From positions 1 to 64,000 of the forward strand of contig JASFQK010000039.1 of assembly GCA_050115495.1 (NCBI GenBank): a DNA stretch of 64,000 bases, given 5' to 3'. Under the pieces are notes generated by a model, which saw only the letters and a program-made list of their open reading frames with translations, was not told where the DNA came from and ran no database searches. Position 1 is the stretch's first letter, and each line of letters starts with the position of its first letter. Positions 18,944 through 29,643 of this stretch are shown here, in pieces. The translations under genes were made by a program, and so were the position numbers. Source of the stretch: Phycisphaerae bacterium (GTDB taxonomy: Bacteria > Planctomycetota > Phycisphaerae > UBA1845 > Fen-1342).

Positions 18944-21925
18944 CTATTCCGGTGGCTGTTGTTCGTCTGCGTCGCCGCGGGCGCGGCGTTTGGCCTCGAG
19001 GAGGCGGGCCGCGTAGCTGCTGGCGGATGTTCGTGGCGGACGGCGCCGCGGGGCCGGGGCCGAGACGACGGGCTTGTCGGCCTCGACGCCGCCGAGGGCG
19101 CGGGTCAGTTCGTCGATGGCGCTTTGGGCGGGTTGGGCGGCGCGGCGGGCGGCATCATCGGCACGGGCCTGGGCATCGTCGTCACGAACGCGGGTCTTCA
19201 CGTCGCGCAACGTGGCCAGCGTGGCGGCACTTTCGGTCGCGGGCCGGCCGGCCAGTTCGCGGATGAACTTGCGTACGCCGGCGACCGCCTCCGCCGGCGT
19301 GATGCCGATCCGGCGAACGGCCACGTCGAGCAGGAAGAGCAGCAGCACGAGCCGCAGCACGTCTTCCCAGAACGGCCGGCGTACCTGGACCGGCTGGATG
19401 CTCGACGCGGCGAAGATCAGGTCCGACTGATTCATGTTCAGCACGCGGCCGCCGGAGCGCCGGGCGATCTCGCCGAGCACCATCTCATTATCGCGGAGCG
19501 TGCGATACTCCGGCGAATAGCTCATCACCACGCCCGTGCGGGCCACGCCAACCTGCCCCTCGCCGAGGCTGTACGGAAGCTGAACCAGGTACGTCCCGGG
19601 GTCGTCGGCGGGGAAGACCGCCTCGAAGCGGCCGGCGCCGGTGCGCTCCACGGGGAGCGATTCGCTCGAGAAATCCGGGTGGATCAGCCGGCCACCCACC
19701 GCGAGTGCCCCCTGCACATCCTGCGGCAGATGCTCGGCGGAGATGACGACGTGCGCCTGGCCGTCCTTGACCGTCGATTCGATCGCCAGGTCTGAGGAAT
19801 TGGCCGGTCGGCCGGCGTAGCGCACGGCCTGCGTCCACACCTTGCTAAAGCCGGACCAAGTCACCCAATCCGGCCCCCATTTCGGCCAGAGCCCGCTGGT
19901 GAAGGCTACCACGCGGCCCAATCCCACCTGCCAGCAGGCCAGCACCGGCACAGTGTCCTCTTCGGTCGTCCGCACCAGTGGCACCTGCGCCAGCGGTTTC
20001 GACGCCGTCACGACGTGGCCGTGCAGCGCCGGGATATCGCGGGCGGTGAAGCCCTGGAGGATGCCGTTGTCGCCGCCGGTGTGCAGGCGCGGCTGAAACA
20101 ACTGCTCGTGGAGACCGGAGCGGCTGGCGATTACGGTCTCGCGGACGAAGATCTGCGGCAGCGGCCGGGCACCCTCGGCGACGTACGTGCGGCCGCCGGT
20201 GAGCGTAGCGATGCGGCCGAGCAGCTCGCGGTCGGCGTCGGGGCCGACGGCGATTGTGGAGATGGTGATACCGTGGTGCGCGCAGAGCTTGGCGAGCGAG
20301 TCGAAGTCGGCGGGCACGGACTGCCCGTCGGTGAGCACGACGATGTGCTTCAGGCTGGTGGTGGCGTCCTTGAGGGCGACGTAGGCCTGCTGGAGCGCGG
20401 GGAACATGTCCGTGCCGCCGCCGGCGCCGAGTGTGGCCAGTTGGGCGGCGATCGTGGCCTTGTCGCTGCCGGCGCGCGGCGTCACGAGCCACTGGGCGAT
20501 GCCGTCGAAGACGATCACGCCGACGCGGTCGAAGCGGCTGAGCAGTTGCACGGCGGCGGCGGCGGCTTGGCGGGCCATGTCGATCTTCTCGCCTTCCATC
20601 GAGCCGGAGCGGTCGATGACGATGATCATGCTCAGGCTGAGGATCTTCAGCTTGTCGCGGCTGGTCTCGACGGGAAGGATGTCCTCCAGCGGCGTGTGGG
20701 CGTAGCCGCCGACGCTGAAGGCCCGATCGCCGCCGATGACGATCAGTCCGCCGCCCTGGTCGCGAACGTACGAGGCGAGGGCGCTTTGCCGCATCTCGCC
20801 GAGCGAGAAGGCCGACACGTTGTTCAGGATGACGGTCGAGGCGTCGGCTAGCGACGCCGGATCGGCGGGCAAGTCTTCCACGGCGATTTGCCCACACTCG
20901 ATGCCGCCGGAGGCGAGGGCTTCGATCAACAAGGAGGCCGCAGTCGCGTCGACGGGGGTCGCGTCGGTGTCGGTCACCACGAGAACACGGTCGGCCTCGC
21001 CCACGATGGTGAAGGCCCGGCCCTCGTTGTTGTAGGGCAGCTTGTCGGCGGCGTTGGCGGGCTGCACGACGGCGCGGAAGCGGTGCACGCCGGTCGACCG
21101 TAGCGTGACGGGAAAGACAAGCCGTGTCGGCCCGGCGGCCAGATCGACGGGCATACCGGTGCTGCTGCTGGATGGATCGAGATCGACGAGCTGGTCGTTG
21201 TGGTACAGCAGCACGCGGATGGGCGCGGCCACCTGCGAGCGCAGGACGAGTTGCAGGTTGATCACCTCGTCCCGCCGGGCGGTGGCGGGCGCGGTGAGCT
21301 GGTCCACGAGGATCTCGTCGTCGTAGGTGTAACGCAACGGCACGACGTCGACCGGGACGCCGGCGGCGGCGCAGGCTTCGGCCTCTTCGGCGGCGCTGCC
21401 GAGATTCTCGTTGCCGTCGGAGAGGACGACGAGCCGCCGAGCGGTGTCCGCCGGCAGCAGGGCCAGTCCGAGGCGTATGGCGCCGGCGATGTTGGTGCGG
21501 TGCGGCTCGACCGGGCTGTCGACGCGGTCGATGATGAGCTCGGGGCGGGCTGTCTGCTCGACGGCGGCTCGGCCATCGAAGCCGAGCAGGGCCACGCGGT
21601 CCTTGTCCGGGCGCACCCTGGCGGCGGCCTCCTGCACGAACTGCCAGGCCGCCCCGCGTGACCCCGCCGGAATGCTGTCCGACTGGTCGACGGCGAAGAC
21701 GACCGATTGGTCATCGGTCGTGCGGATCCACTCCGGGCTGGCCAGGGCACAGGCCATGGCGGCGATGACCGCGCAGCGCAGACCGATGGCCAGCGCCCGC
21801 CGCACTGGACCCAGTCCGGCCAGCGAGCGAATACTGAGCAGAACGATCAGCGGTGTGATCGCCAGCGCGATCAGGTACCACGGATGGGTGAACCCGACGA
21901 AGAATGACCAGTCGTTGCCAGACAT
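18944..21925 (-). CDS. Membrane-anchored double VWA domain protein with GATase-like domain
   Basis: N-terminal TM (BatA-like); DQSDS and DRSGS MIDAS motifs; LSDG/LTDG; GGGLIVIGG; C-terminal TM. Confidence 0.85.
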   Translation of the reverse strand: MSGNDWSFFVGFTHPWYLIALAITPLIVLLSIRSLAGLGPVRRALAIGLRCAVIAAMACALASPEWIRTTDDQSVVFAVDQSDSIPAGSRGAAWQFVQEAAARVRPDKDRVALLGFDGRAAVEQTARPELIIDRVDSPVEPHRTNIAGAIRLGLALLPADTARRLVVLSDGNENLGSAAEEAEACAAAGVPVDVVPLRYTYDDEILVDQLTAPATARRDEVINLQLVLRSQVAAPIRVLLYHNDQLVDLDPSSSSTGMPVDLAAGPTRLVFPVTLRSTGVHRFRAVVQPANAADKLPYNNEGRAFTIVGEADRVLVVTDTDATPVDATAASLLIEALASGGIECGQIAVEDLPADPASLADASTVILNNVSAFSLGEMRQSALASYVRDQGGGLIVIGGDRAFSVGGYAHTPLEDILPVETSRDKLKILSLSMIIVIDRSGSMEGEKIDMARQAAAAAVQLLSRFDRVGVIVFDGIAQWLVTPRAGSDKATIAAQLATLGAGGGTDMFPALQQAYVALKDATTSLKHIVVLTDGQSVPADFDSLAKLCAHHGITISTIAVGPDADRELLGRIATLTGGRTYVAEGARPLPQIFVRETVIASRSGLHEQLFQPRLHTGGDNGILQGFTARDIPALHGHVVTASKPLAQVPLVRTTEEDTVPVLACWQVGLGRVVAFTSGLWPKWGPDWVTWSGFSKVWTQAVRYAGRPANSSDLAIESTVKDGQAHVVISAEHLPQDVQGALAVGGRLIHPDFSSESLPVERTGAGRFEAVFPADDPGTYLVQLPYSLGEGQVGVARTGVVMSYSPEYRTLRDNEMVLGEIARRSGGRVLNMNQSDLIFAASSIQPVQVRRPFWEDVLRLVLLLFLLDVAVRRIGITPAEAVAGVRKFIRELAGRPATESAATLATLRDVKTRVRDDDAQARADDAARRAAQPAQSAIDELTRALGGVEADKPVVSAPAPRRRPPRTSASSYAARLLEAKRRARGDADEQQPPE

Positions 21926-21990
21926 CACCGCCTATTATCGGCGATGCTGGCGCCAAGGCAATCACCCGTGACTACGGCCGTCGCCCCCGG

Positions 21991-23424
21991 TCAGCTTTTC
22001 TTCAGGGCCTGCCGCACACCTTCGGCGTACGCCGGATCGGCCTTGGCGAAGTGGCCGAGCTGGCGTTCGATGATCTCGGCGGGGACGCCCTGCATGGCCT
22101 TGGCGATGGCGGCGTGCAGGCGGCCGCGCTGCTCGGCGGACATCAGCCGGTACAGGTTGCCGGCCTGGACGAAGTCGTCGCTGCCGGGGTGCGGGTCGTA
22201 GCGGTCGGCGTCGCCGCTGATGCGCAGCGGGGGCTCCTTGAAGCCCGGGTCTTCGGCGGGGCCGCCACGACTGTTGGGCTCGTAATTGACGCTGCCGCCG
22301 CCGTTGTCGTCGAAGCGGATCGCACCGTCGCGGTAGTAGGTGGCGACGGGGCAGCGCGGCTTGTTCACCGGGAGGCTCTCGTAGTTCACGCCGAGGCGGT
22401 GACGGTGGGCGTCGGCGTAGGCCACGATGCGGAATTGCAGCATCTTGTCGGGGCTGTGGCTGACGCCGGGGACGACGTTGCCGGGGGAGAACGCCGACTG
22501 CTCGACCTCGGCGAAGTAGTTCTCCGGGTTGCGGTTGAGCTCCATCACGCCGACCTCGATGAGCGGGTAGTCGGCGTGCGGCCAGACCTTGGTCAGATCG
22601 AAGGGGTTGTAGGGCGTCTTCTCGGCGTCCTTCTCGGGCATGATCTGGACCATCAGGCGCCACTTGGGGAAGTCGCCCTTGGCGATGGACTCGTGCAGGT
22701 CGCGCTGATGGCTCTCGCGGTCGCGGCCGATGATCTCGGTCGACTCGGCGTCGGTGAGCGTCTGGATGCCCTGCAACGTCTTGAAGTGGAACTTCACCCA
22801 GAACCGCTCGTTCTTCGCGTTGATGAAGCTGTACGTGTGGCTGCCGTAGCCGTTCATGTGGCGGTAGCTCTTCGGCAGGCCGCGGTCGGAGAAGAGGATC
22901 GTCACCTGATGCAGGGTCTCGGGGCAGAGCGACCAGAAGTCCCACTGCATCGTGTTGCAGCGCATGTTCGTCGCCGGGTCGCGCTTCTGCGTGTGGATGA
23001 AGTCGGGGAACTTGTACGCGTCGCGGATGAAGAACACGGGCGTGTTGTTGCCGACCAGGTCCCAGTTGCCCTCGTCGGTGTAGAACTTCACGGCGAAGCC
23101 GCGCACGTCGCGTTCGGCGTCGGCGGCACCGCGTTCGCCGGCGACCGTCGAGAAGCGGACGAAGCACTCGGTTTTCTTGCCGGTCTTGGCGAAGATGGAG
23201 GCCTTGGTGTACTTGGTGATGTCCCCTGTGACGGTGAACGTGCCGTAGGCACCGGAGCCCTTGGCGTGCACGACGCGCTCGGGGATGCGCTCGCGGTTGA
23301 AGTGGGCGTGCTTCTCGAAGAGCTGCCAGTCCTGGACGAGCAGCGGTCCGCGCGCCCCTGCGGTCAGGCTGTTCTGGTTGTCACCGACGGGAATCCCGGC
23401 CGAGGTCGTGAGTTTCGGTTTCAT
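21991..23424 (-). CDS. katA: Monofunctional heme catalase (small subunit)
   Basis: [21 protein letters not shown] and [14 protein letters not shown] signatures; AGGA RBS. Confidence 0.95.
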   Translation of the reverse strand: MKPKLTTSAGIPVGDNQNSLTAGARGPLLVQDWQLFEKHAHFNRERIPERVVHAKGSGAYGTFTVTGDITKYTKASIFAKTGKKTECFVRFSTVAGERGAADAERDVRGFAVKFYTDEGNWDLVGNNTPVFFIRDAYKFPDFIHTQKRDPATNMRCNTMQWDFWSLCPETLHQVTILFSDRGLPKSYRHMNGYGSHTYSFINAKNERFWVKFHFKTLQGIQTLTDAESTEIIGRDRESHQRDLHESIAKGDFPKWRLMVQIMPEKDAEKTPYNPFDLTKVWPHADYPLIEVGVMELNRNPENYFAEVEQSAFSPGNVVPGVSHSPDKMLQFRIVAYADAHRHRLGVNYESLPVNKPRCPVATYYRDGAIRFDDNGGGSVNYEPNSRGGPAEDPGFKEPPLRISGDADRYDPHPGSDDFVQAGNLYRLMSAEQRGRLHAAIAKAMQGVPAEIIERQLGHFAKADPAYAEGVRQALKKS

Positions 23425-23842
23425 GGTTCATCCTTCCTGGTGTGCATGACTGGTCTGCTCGCCCTTTGGCACATGTCGGATCCGCATTGATGTCGCCCGC
23501 CGGTCCTGTCGGCAGACCGGCGTTGCATCCACGGCTCGACGGCCACAGCATGAGCGCCGCCCACGACCCGCCGGCGGTCACCACCGAGCAAGCGGAGGAT
23601 GACCGTCGGAGATGGTGGGCTCGCCAGATCGCCCTCCCGCGCACAGCGGGCGGGGCTCGCGCCGCCGTTATGCACTCAACCTGAACAGATGCCCAAACTG
23701 CTGCGCAGGATCACCCGTAGGTGCGGTGTTGTCAAGCTTAAGCGCCCCATACGCTTGCCGGACGCGGACCGGGCGCGGAAGATGGTGGCCTGTTCGCGAG
23801 GCCAACGGCGGTCCCTCGTGCCGCCGTCCAGGGAGTCGTGTC

Positions 23843-24907
23843 ATGTTCCGCAAGCAACACCCGCCGGCGGGGTCGCAGCCCGGCACGCTCATGATCCACG
23901 CCCGGGCCCAGCGCCCGGTGATCCGGGTCATGAAGTACAAGCCGGACCGCCTGGAGGAGCACGACGTCGCGGCGGTGGCGGAGCTGCGGGATCTGCTGGA
24001 ACCGGGCACGGTCTGCTGGATCGACGTGCAGGGCCTCGGCGACGAGAAGGTCCTGCGCGAGTTCGCCGACCTGTTCTCGATTCACCCGCTGGCCCTGGAG
24101 GACGTGGTCAACGTCCCGCAACGGCCGAAGGTCGAACGCTACGAGCAGCATACGTTGTATATCACGCGCATGGCCTTGCTGCGCGACGGTGAGATCGAAC
24201 GGGAGCAGGTCAGCGTCTTCGTCGGGCGCGACTACGTGCTGACGTTTCAGGAGTGCGCCGGCGACGTGTTCGATCCGGTCCGTAACCGGATTCGCCAAGG
24301 CGGCCCCGTGCTGCGCAACTCCCGGTCCGACTATCTCGCCTACGCCCTGCTCGACGCGGTGATCGACGGCTACTATCCGATACTGGAGCTGTTCGGCGAG
24401 AAGCTGGAAGCACTGGAGGACGAGATCGTCGCCCGGCCCCGGCGAGGTGCCCTGCACGACATCCACCAGGTGCGGCGCGACCTGTTGGCCGTCCGCCGGT
24501 CCATCTGGCCGCAACGCGAGGCAATCAGCACGCTCATCCGCGACGAGAACCCGCTCTTCAGCGAAAACGTGCGCGTGTACCTGCGCGACTGCTATGATCA
24601 CTGCGTGCAGATCATGGACGCGGTCGAGACGTATCGCGAACTGGCCGCCGGCCTGCTGGACGTGTACCTCTCCAGCGTCGGCAACCGCCAGAACGAGGTC
24701 ATGAAAGTGCTGACCATCATGGCCAGCATTTTCATTCCGCTGACGTTCATGGCCGGCATCTATGGCATGAACTTCCAGAACATGCCCGAGCTCCACACGC
24801 GCTGGGGCTACCCGCTATTGCTGGTGGCCATGACCGGTGTGGCCGTCGTGATGGTCGTCTACTTCCGGCGGAGGGGCTGGATCGGCGAGCGGCGGAGCGA
24901 TGACTGA
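23843..24907 (+). CDS. corA: Magnesium/cobalt transporter CorA
   Basis: IHPLALED, QRPKVE, PLTFMAGIYGMNF, MPEL motifs; two C-terminal TMs. Confidence 0.95.
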   Translation: MFRKQHPPAGSQPGTLMIHARAQRPVIRVMKYKPDRLEEHDVAAVAELRDLLEPGTVCWIDVQGLGDEKVLREFADLFSIHPLALEDVVNVPQRPKVERYEQHTLYITRMALLRDGEIEREQVSVFVGRDYVLTFQECAGDVFDPVRNRIRQGGPVLRNSRSDYLAYALLDAVIDGYYPILELFGEKLEALEDEIVARPRRGALHDIHQVRRDLLAVRRSIWPQREAISTLIRDENPLFSENVRVYLRDCYDHCVQIMDAVETYRELAAGLLDVYLSSVGNRQNEVMKVLTIMASIFIPLTFMAGIYGMNFQNMPELHTRWGYPLLLVAMTGVAVVMVVYFRRRGWIGERRSDD

Positions 24908-24942
24908 CAAGATGCACATGGTGGGAGCAAGGAGGCCCGCCT

Positions 24943-27900
24943 TTGATCGATAATACATACGCCAAACCACGGGTGGCGGGCTGGCATGCCCGCCTGTTCG
25001 CCGTGCTGCTCCTGTTGGGGATGGGGCTGACCGCCGCGGCGCAAGACACAACGTCGAAGCCGGCGGAGTCGCAGCCCCAGGCCGAGCCGCCGCCGACCAC
25101 GACCCAACCGGCTACAACGCAACCGGCCCCGACGCCGCCCACTGAGACCACCACCGTCGTCGTCGCGGAAGAAGCCGAGGCCAGCACGACCGTCCCCACG
25201 CGAGAGAGCGTTCAGGATCGTCTCGCCCAGATTCAGGCGGCCGCCGACCTGACCGACACCGTGAAGACGGAGCTGCTCGGGCTGTATCGGCAGGTGCTCG
25301 ACCAAGTCACCGTCGCCGAGAACCGCGACGCCAAGATCAAGGAGCTGGAGACGGGGCGGGTTCGCGCCCCTGACCTGCTGAAGGAGGTCAAAGCCCGTGT
25401 CGAAGCGTTGACGACCCGGCCGACCAGCGCCCCCGCTCTGGACGTGGCGCCCGAAGACACGGTCGAGACGCTCAACCAGAAGCTCGCCGCCCGCGAGGCG
25501 GATCTGCGCACGTTGCAGGACGCCGCCAAGAAGCTCGATGACGAAGCCGAAAACCGAGCCGCCCGGCGTTCGGCCATTCCCGATCTGCTCGCCGACGCCA
25601 GCAAACGCCTCGAACGGATCACGAAGGACCTGGCGGCGCCCGCGCCCACCGGCACGCTGCCGCAGGTGGCCCTGGCCCGGCGGACCCTGCTGCTCGCCCA
25701 GAAACGGGCCGTCGAGCTCGAAAGCCGCGAGTACGAGGAGGAGCAGCGTTTCTACGAGGCCCGCGGAGCCCTGCTCAACGCCCGCCGGGAGGAAGCCCGG
25801 TTGGCGGTCGTCGCTGCCCAGGCCACCGTGTCGGCGTGGCAGGAGCTCGTCAACCAGCGGCGCCAAACCGAGATCGAGCGACAGCAGCAACAACTCGCCA
25901 CCGAGGAGCTGCGCCGGGCACCAACGGCAGTGCGCGAGCTGCTCGCCAGCAACAAGGCGCTGGCGGACGAGTGGGCCACCGTTGACCAGCACATCAAGGA
26001 GGTCCAGGACAAGTACAAGGAAGTCACAGAGAAACGGACCAAGCTCGAAAAGGAGTTCACCGACCTGCGGCAGAAGGACCGCGAGGATCCCGAGGGTCTG
26101 GCCGCGGTCGTCGGCCCGGAAATGCGTCGCAAGCGGGACGAGCTGCTGCTCCTGCGCTCCTACGAGCGTGAGCTGCGCGGGTACACGAAGGAATCCGCGC
26201 GGACCGAGCGGCGGGTCTGGGAGATCGACGAGGAGACGCTCGAGCTGACCGACGTTTCCGCCCGGGCGGAGGAGATGATCTCCTCCGTCATCGCCGACGT
26301 GCCCGAACGGTTCCAGGAACGCCTGAAGCAGCGTGTGCAGGAGCTGTACACCACGCGCCGCGATACGCTCAAGCAGATCCAGCCCGACTACCACGCCTAC
26401 GCCGAGGACCTGCGTGAACTGCGGGCAGCGATGACGCAGACCCTGGCGAAGGCCGACGAGTTCCGCGACTTCATCGATCAGCACATCCTGTGGCTGCGCA
26501 GCATGGAACCGCTCACCTCGATCCGGCTGCCGGACAACTTTCTGAAGCGTGACGCACAGTGGAGCACCATCGGACGGGCCCTGCTGCACGACCTGCTGGT
26601 ACGAGCGGCGATCTACGCGGTGGCGGCGATGGTCTTCGCCGGCCTGCTGCTCGCGCGCAAGCGAATCCGGGCAACGTTGCGCGAGCTGGGCCAGCGCGTG
26701 GCTCGCCCGCTCACCGACCGCTACCGCTGGACGCTGCAAGCCGGCGTCCACACGGTGCTGTTCACGCTGCCGTGGCCGGCGCTGCTGGTGTTCGCCGGCT
26801 GGCGGCTCGGCTCCGCCGTGGACGTCACGGACGAGGCGTCGTACGAACTCGCCCAGGCGTTGACCAATGGGCTGTACATGGCCGGACTGGTGCTGTGGAC
26901 GCTGAACCTGGCGCGGCAGGTCTGCCGGGCGAAGGGGCTGGGTGAGGCGCATTTCCGCTGGGATTCCGGGGCCGTGCGGTTGGCCCGGCAATGCATCGAC
27001 TGGGCGACGCCGCTGATCGTGCTGGTCGTTTTCGTCGTTTACGCGACCGAGCGTCACGCCGACGCCGCCTGGCGGGCTTCGTTCGGACGGATCGCGTTCA
27101 TCGTGGGGATGATCGTCCTGCTGGTTTTCCTCCAGCGCCTCTTGCGACCGTCCACCGGCATCCTCGCCCCGCGGATGCGAAAGCACGAGACCGGCGGCCT
27201 GTATACGTTGCGTTACGTCTGGTACCCGCTCGTGCTGCTGGCCCCGCTCGTGCTGGCCGGGGCATCGGCCGCAGGCTACCACTACACCGCTGTGCGCTTC
27301 GCCGAAGACCTGGTGCGAACGTGCTGGCTGCTGCTGGGTATTGTCCTGCTGCACGCCATGCTGGTCCGCTGGCTGTTCGTCGCTCAGCGGCGGCTGGCCA
27401 TCGAGCGGGCCCGCAAACGCCGGGCGGTGGCCGCTGAGGCGGCGCGGGCCGCCAACCAGCCCCCGGTCAGCGAGGCCATCGAGCTCGACGAAGAGAAGTT
27501 GAACCTGGTCTCCATCGGCGACCAGACCAAGCGGCTGCTGCGCAGTGCGGCGGCGGTGGCTTTGTTCGTCGGGTTGTGGCTCATCTGGGCCGACCTGCTG
27601 CCCGCGCTCGGCTTCATGCAGCAGATCGAGCTCTGGCCGTACACCGTGGCGGCGGCCGACGGTACCGCACCCGCCGCCGGCGGCACGGGCGAGGAAACCG
27701 CCGTGGGCCTCAGCGGCGGGCCGCGGGTCGAGTACATCACGCTCGCGCACCTGGCGATCGCCATCGTCGTGGCCGTCGTGACCTACATCCTGGCCAAGAA
27801 CATCCCCGGTCTGCTGGAAATCGCCATTCTCCAGAAGCTACCGCTGGACACCGGCGGGCGCTATGCGATCACCGCTCTGGCCCGTTACACGATCGTCGTG

Positions 27901-28569
27901 GTCGGGACGGTCATCGCCTTCGGCGCGATCGGTATCGGCTGGTCGAAAGTGCAGTGGCTCGTGGCGGCCATGACCGTGGGTCTGGCCTTCGGCTTGCAGG
28001 AGATCTTCGCCAACTTCGTGTCGGGCTTGATGCTGCTGTTCGAGCGGCCCATCCGCATCGGCGACACGGTCACCATCGGCGACGTCAACGGCACCGTCAC
28101 CCGCATCCGCATCCGGGCGACCACCATCACCGACTGGGACCGCAAAGAGCTCATCATCCCCAACAAGGAGTTCGTCACCGGGCAGGTGATCAACTGGACG
28201 CTCTCCGACCCGACGCTACGGATCACGCTGCCGGTGGGCATCGCGTACGGCTCAAACGTCGAGCTCGCCGAGCAGACGCTGCTGCGCCTCGCCCGCGAGC
28301 ACTCCAGCGTTCTGGAGAGTCCCGAGCCACACGTGATCTTCACTGGCTTCGGCGACAGCACACTGGATCTGGAATTGCGCGTCTACATCTCCGGCATCGA
28401 GCACCTGCTGGCCACGCGCCACGAGATGAACAAAGCCATCGACGCCGCGTTCCGCAAGGCGAACATCGAGATCGCCTTCCCGCAGCGCGACCTGCACATT
28501 CGCACGATCGGCGATGCACTGGCCGTCACACGGGCGGCGCGGCGGCCCGATTCGCCGCCGGGTCAGTAG
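24943..28569 (+). CDS. mscK: Large MscS-family mechanosensitive channel (MscK/KefA-like)
   Basis: Signal peptide, long periplasmic coiled coil, many TMs, GLAFGLQEIFANFVSGL..ERPIRIGD, IAFPQRDLHI. Confidence 0.85.
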   Translation: MIDNTYAKPRVAGWHARLFAVLLLLGMGLTAAAQDTTSKPAESQPQAEPPPTTTQPATTQPAPTPPTETTTVVVAEEAEASTTVPTRESVQDRLAQIQAAADLTDTVKTELLGLYRQVLDQVTVAENRDAKIKELETGRVRAPDLLKEVKARVEALTTRPTSAPALDVAPEDTVETLNQKLAAREADLRTLQDAAKKLDDEAENRAARRSAIPDLLADASKRLERITKDLAAPAPTGTLPQVALARRTLLLAQKRAVELESREYEEEQRFYEARGALLNARREEARLAVVAAQATVSAWQELVNQRRQTEIERQQQQLATEELRRAPTAVRELLASNKALADEWATVDQHIKEVQDKYKEVTEKRTKLEKEFTDLRQKDREDPEGLAAVVGPEMRRKRDELLLLRSYERELRGYTKESARTERRVWEIDEETLELTDVSARAEEMISSVIADVPERFQERLKQRVQELYTTRRDTLKQIQPDYHAYAEDLRELRAAMTQTLAKADEFRDFIDQHILWLRSMEPLTSIRLPDNFLKRDAQWSTIGRALLHDLLVRAAIYAVAAMVFAGLLLARKRIRATLRELGQRVARPLTDRYRWTLQAGVHTVLFTLPWPALLVFAGWRLGSAVDVTDEASYELAQALTNGLYMAGLVLWTLNLARQVCRAKGLGEAHFRWDSGAVRLARQCIDWATPLIVLVVFVVYATERHADAAWRASFGRIAFIVGMIVLLVFLQRLLRPSTGILAPRMRKHETGGLYTLRYVWYPLVLLAPLVLAGASAAGYHYTAVRFAEDLVRTCWLLLGIVLLHAMLVRWLFVAQRRLAIERARKRRAVAAEAARAANQPPVSEAIELDEEKLNLVSIGDQTKRLLRSAAAVALFVGLWLIWADLLPALGFMQQIELWPYTVAAADGTAPAAGGTGEETAVGLSGGPRVEYITLAHLAIAIVVAVVTYILAKNIPGLLEIAILQKLPLDTGGRYAITALARYTIVVVGTVIAFGAIGIGWSKVQWLVAAMTVGLAFGLQEIFANFVSGLMLLFERPIRIGDTVTIGDVNGTVTRIRIRATTITDWDRKELIIPNKEFVTGQVINWTLSDPTLRITLPVGIAYGSNVELAEQTLLRLAREHSSVLESPEPHVIFTGFGDSTLDLELRVYISGIEHLLATRHEMNKAIDAAFRKANIEIAFPQRDLHIRTIGDALAVTRAARRPDSPPGQ

Positions 28570-28582
28570 CCGCCGGTTTCGC

Positions 28583-29341
28583 TCAGTGATTTGCGGTGAT
28601 GCAGGTTTCGAGCCGCGACTCGAACGTTGCGTAGTCCACCGGCTCCACCGTGATCAGCCCGGGGACGCGGTCCAGGAGCACGTCGCGGACCATCTGCTGC
28701 ATGGCCCGCCGATAGCGCTCGATGTCGGCGGTGCTCAGCGCGTCCGGGTCGGTGTCGAAGGTCTGCTCGATCCGCCAGAGCACGTCCATCTCCTCGTGCC
28801 CGATGAGCAGGTGCTTGCGGTAGATCACGTGCACCGCCCGCCGCGCCGGCCGGTAGGCGATGTAGTAGTGGTATTCCCGCCGCGGGGCGACGATCGAATC
28901 GTCGATGAAGTAGCGGCTGCGCTGCGGGTCCGCCCGACGGACGCAGCCGAGCACCGAGGCGATGACATCGCTCACCGTGTGGTCCCGTCCGCTGATCAGG
29001 ATGAACTCTTCGCGTTCGAGCGGCGGACCCTCGCCACGCAGTGCGGCGACGGCTTCACCGGCGATCCGGAAGCCGCCCGCCCCGCACAGGCACACGTGGC
29101 CGAGCTGCGTGCAGACATCACGGTAGCCCACCGTCACCGTCTCCACGCCGGTGGGATAGCTGCCGGCGAAGACGCCGTGTGCGCAGTGGAATTCGATCGG
29201 CGACACGGCCAGTGCGGCGGAATGAGCCTGGTTCCATTGCTGCGGCCCGCGCGCCGCTGGCGACTGACAGCCGCAGAGATTGACGACGGCCAGCAGCGGC
29301 AGTACCCGGCCGAGCCACGTGGTGAGGTTCGTACGGATCAT
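28583..29341 (-). CDS. FmdE-like domain lipoprotein
   Basis: Lipobox LCGC; LGHVCLCGAGGFRIA resembles FmdE HGHxCPGxxxGxR. Confidence 0.55.
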   Translation of the reverse strand: MIRTNLTTWLGRVLPLLAVVNLCGCQSPAARGPQQWNQAHSAALAVSPIEFHCAHGVFAGSYPTGVETVTVGYRDVCTQLGHVCLCGAGGFRIAGEAVAALRGEGPPLEREEFILISGRDHTVSDVIASVLGCVRRADPQRSRYFIDDSIVAPRREYHYYIAYRPARRAVHVIYRKHLLIGHEEMDVLWRIEQTFDTDPDALSTADIERYRRAMQQMVRDVLLDRVPGLITVEPVDYATFESRLETCITANH

Positions 29342-29643
29342 CGGTCCTCCAACGCCGCGGCCGCCGGAGCGGGCCTCTCCCACCCGGCGAGCGGCGGTGC
29401 GAACGCGGTCTTACGGAGTTTCCGCCTGTTCGGCAAGACGTCGTCGCACCGCGTGCCCGGCTTGTCGGGCAGCGCTGGCGGCGAGTATGATCGGGATCAC
29501 GCCTCCGCTGTGTCGCGGGGCGGTTGTCTGGTGGTGCAGGTCGACCCGCGCCAATAGGGCAATCGCCGGCGGGACCAGACGCTGCACCGCGCAGCGACGC
29601 CCGGCAACGCGAGGCGGACGACCACGTTGACGTGGGGTGTCGA

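Noticed and set aside
21904..23490. 528-aa plus-strand ORF and 401-aa alternate-frame ORF over catalase
   Set aside because: Shadow frames of katA
24859..27750. 963-aa minus-strand ORF
   Set aside because: Antisense to the well-supported MscK-like gene; no recognisable domain
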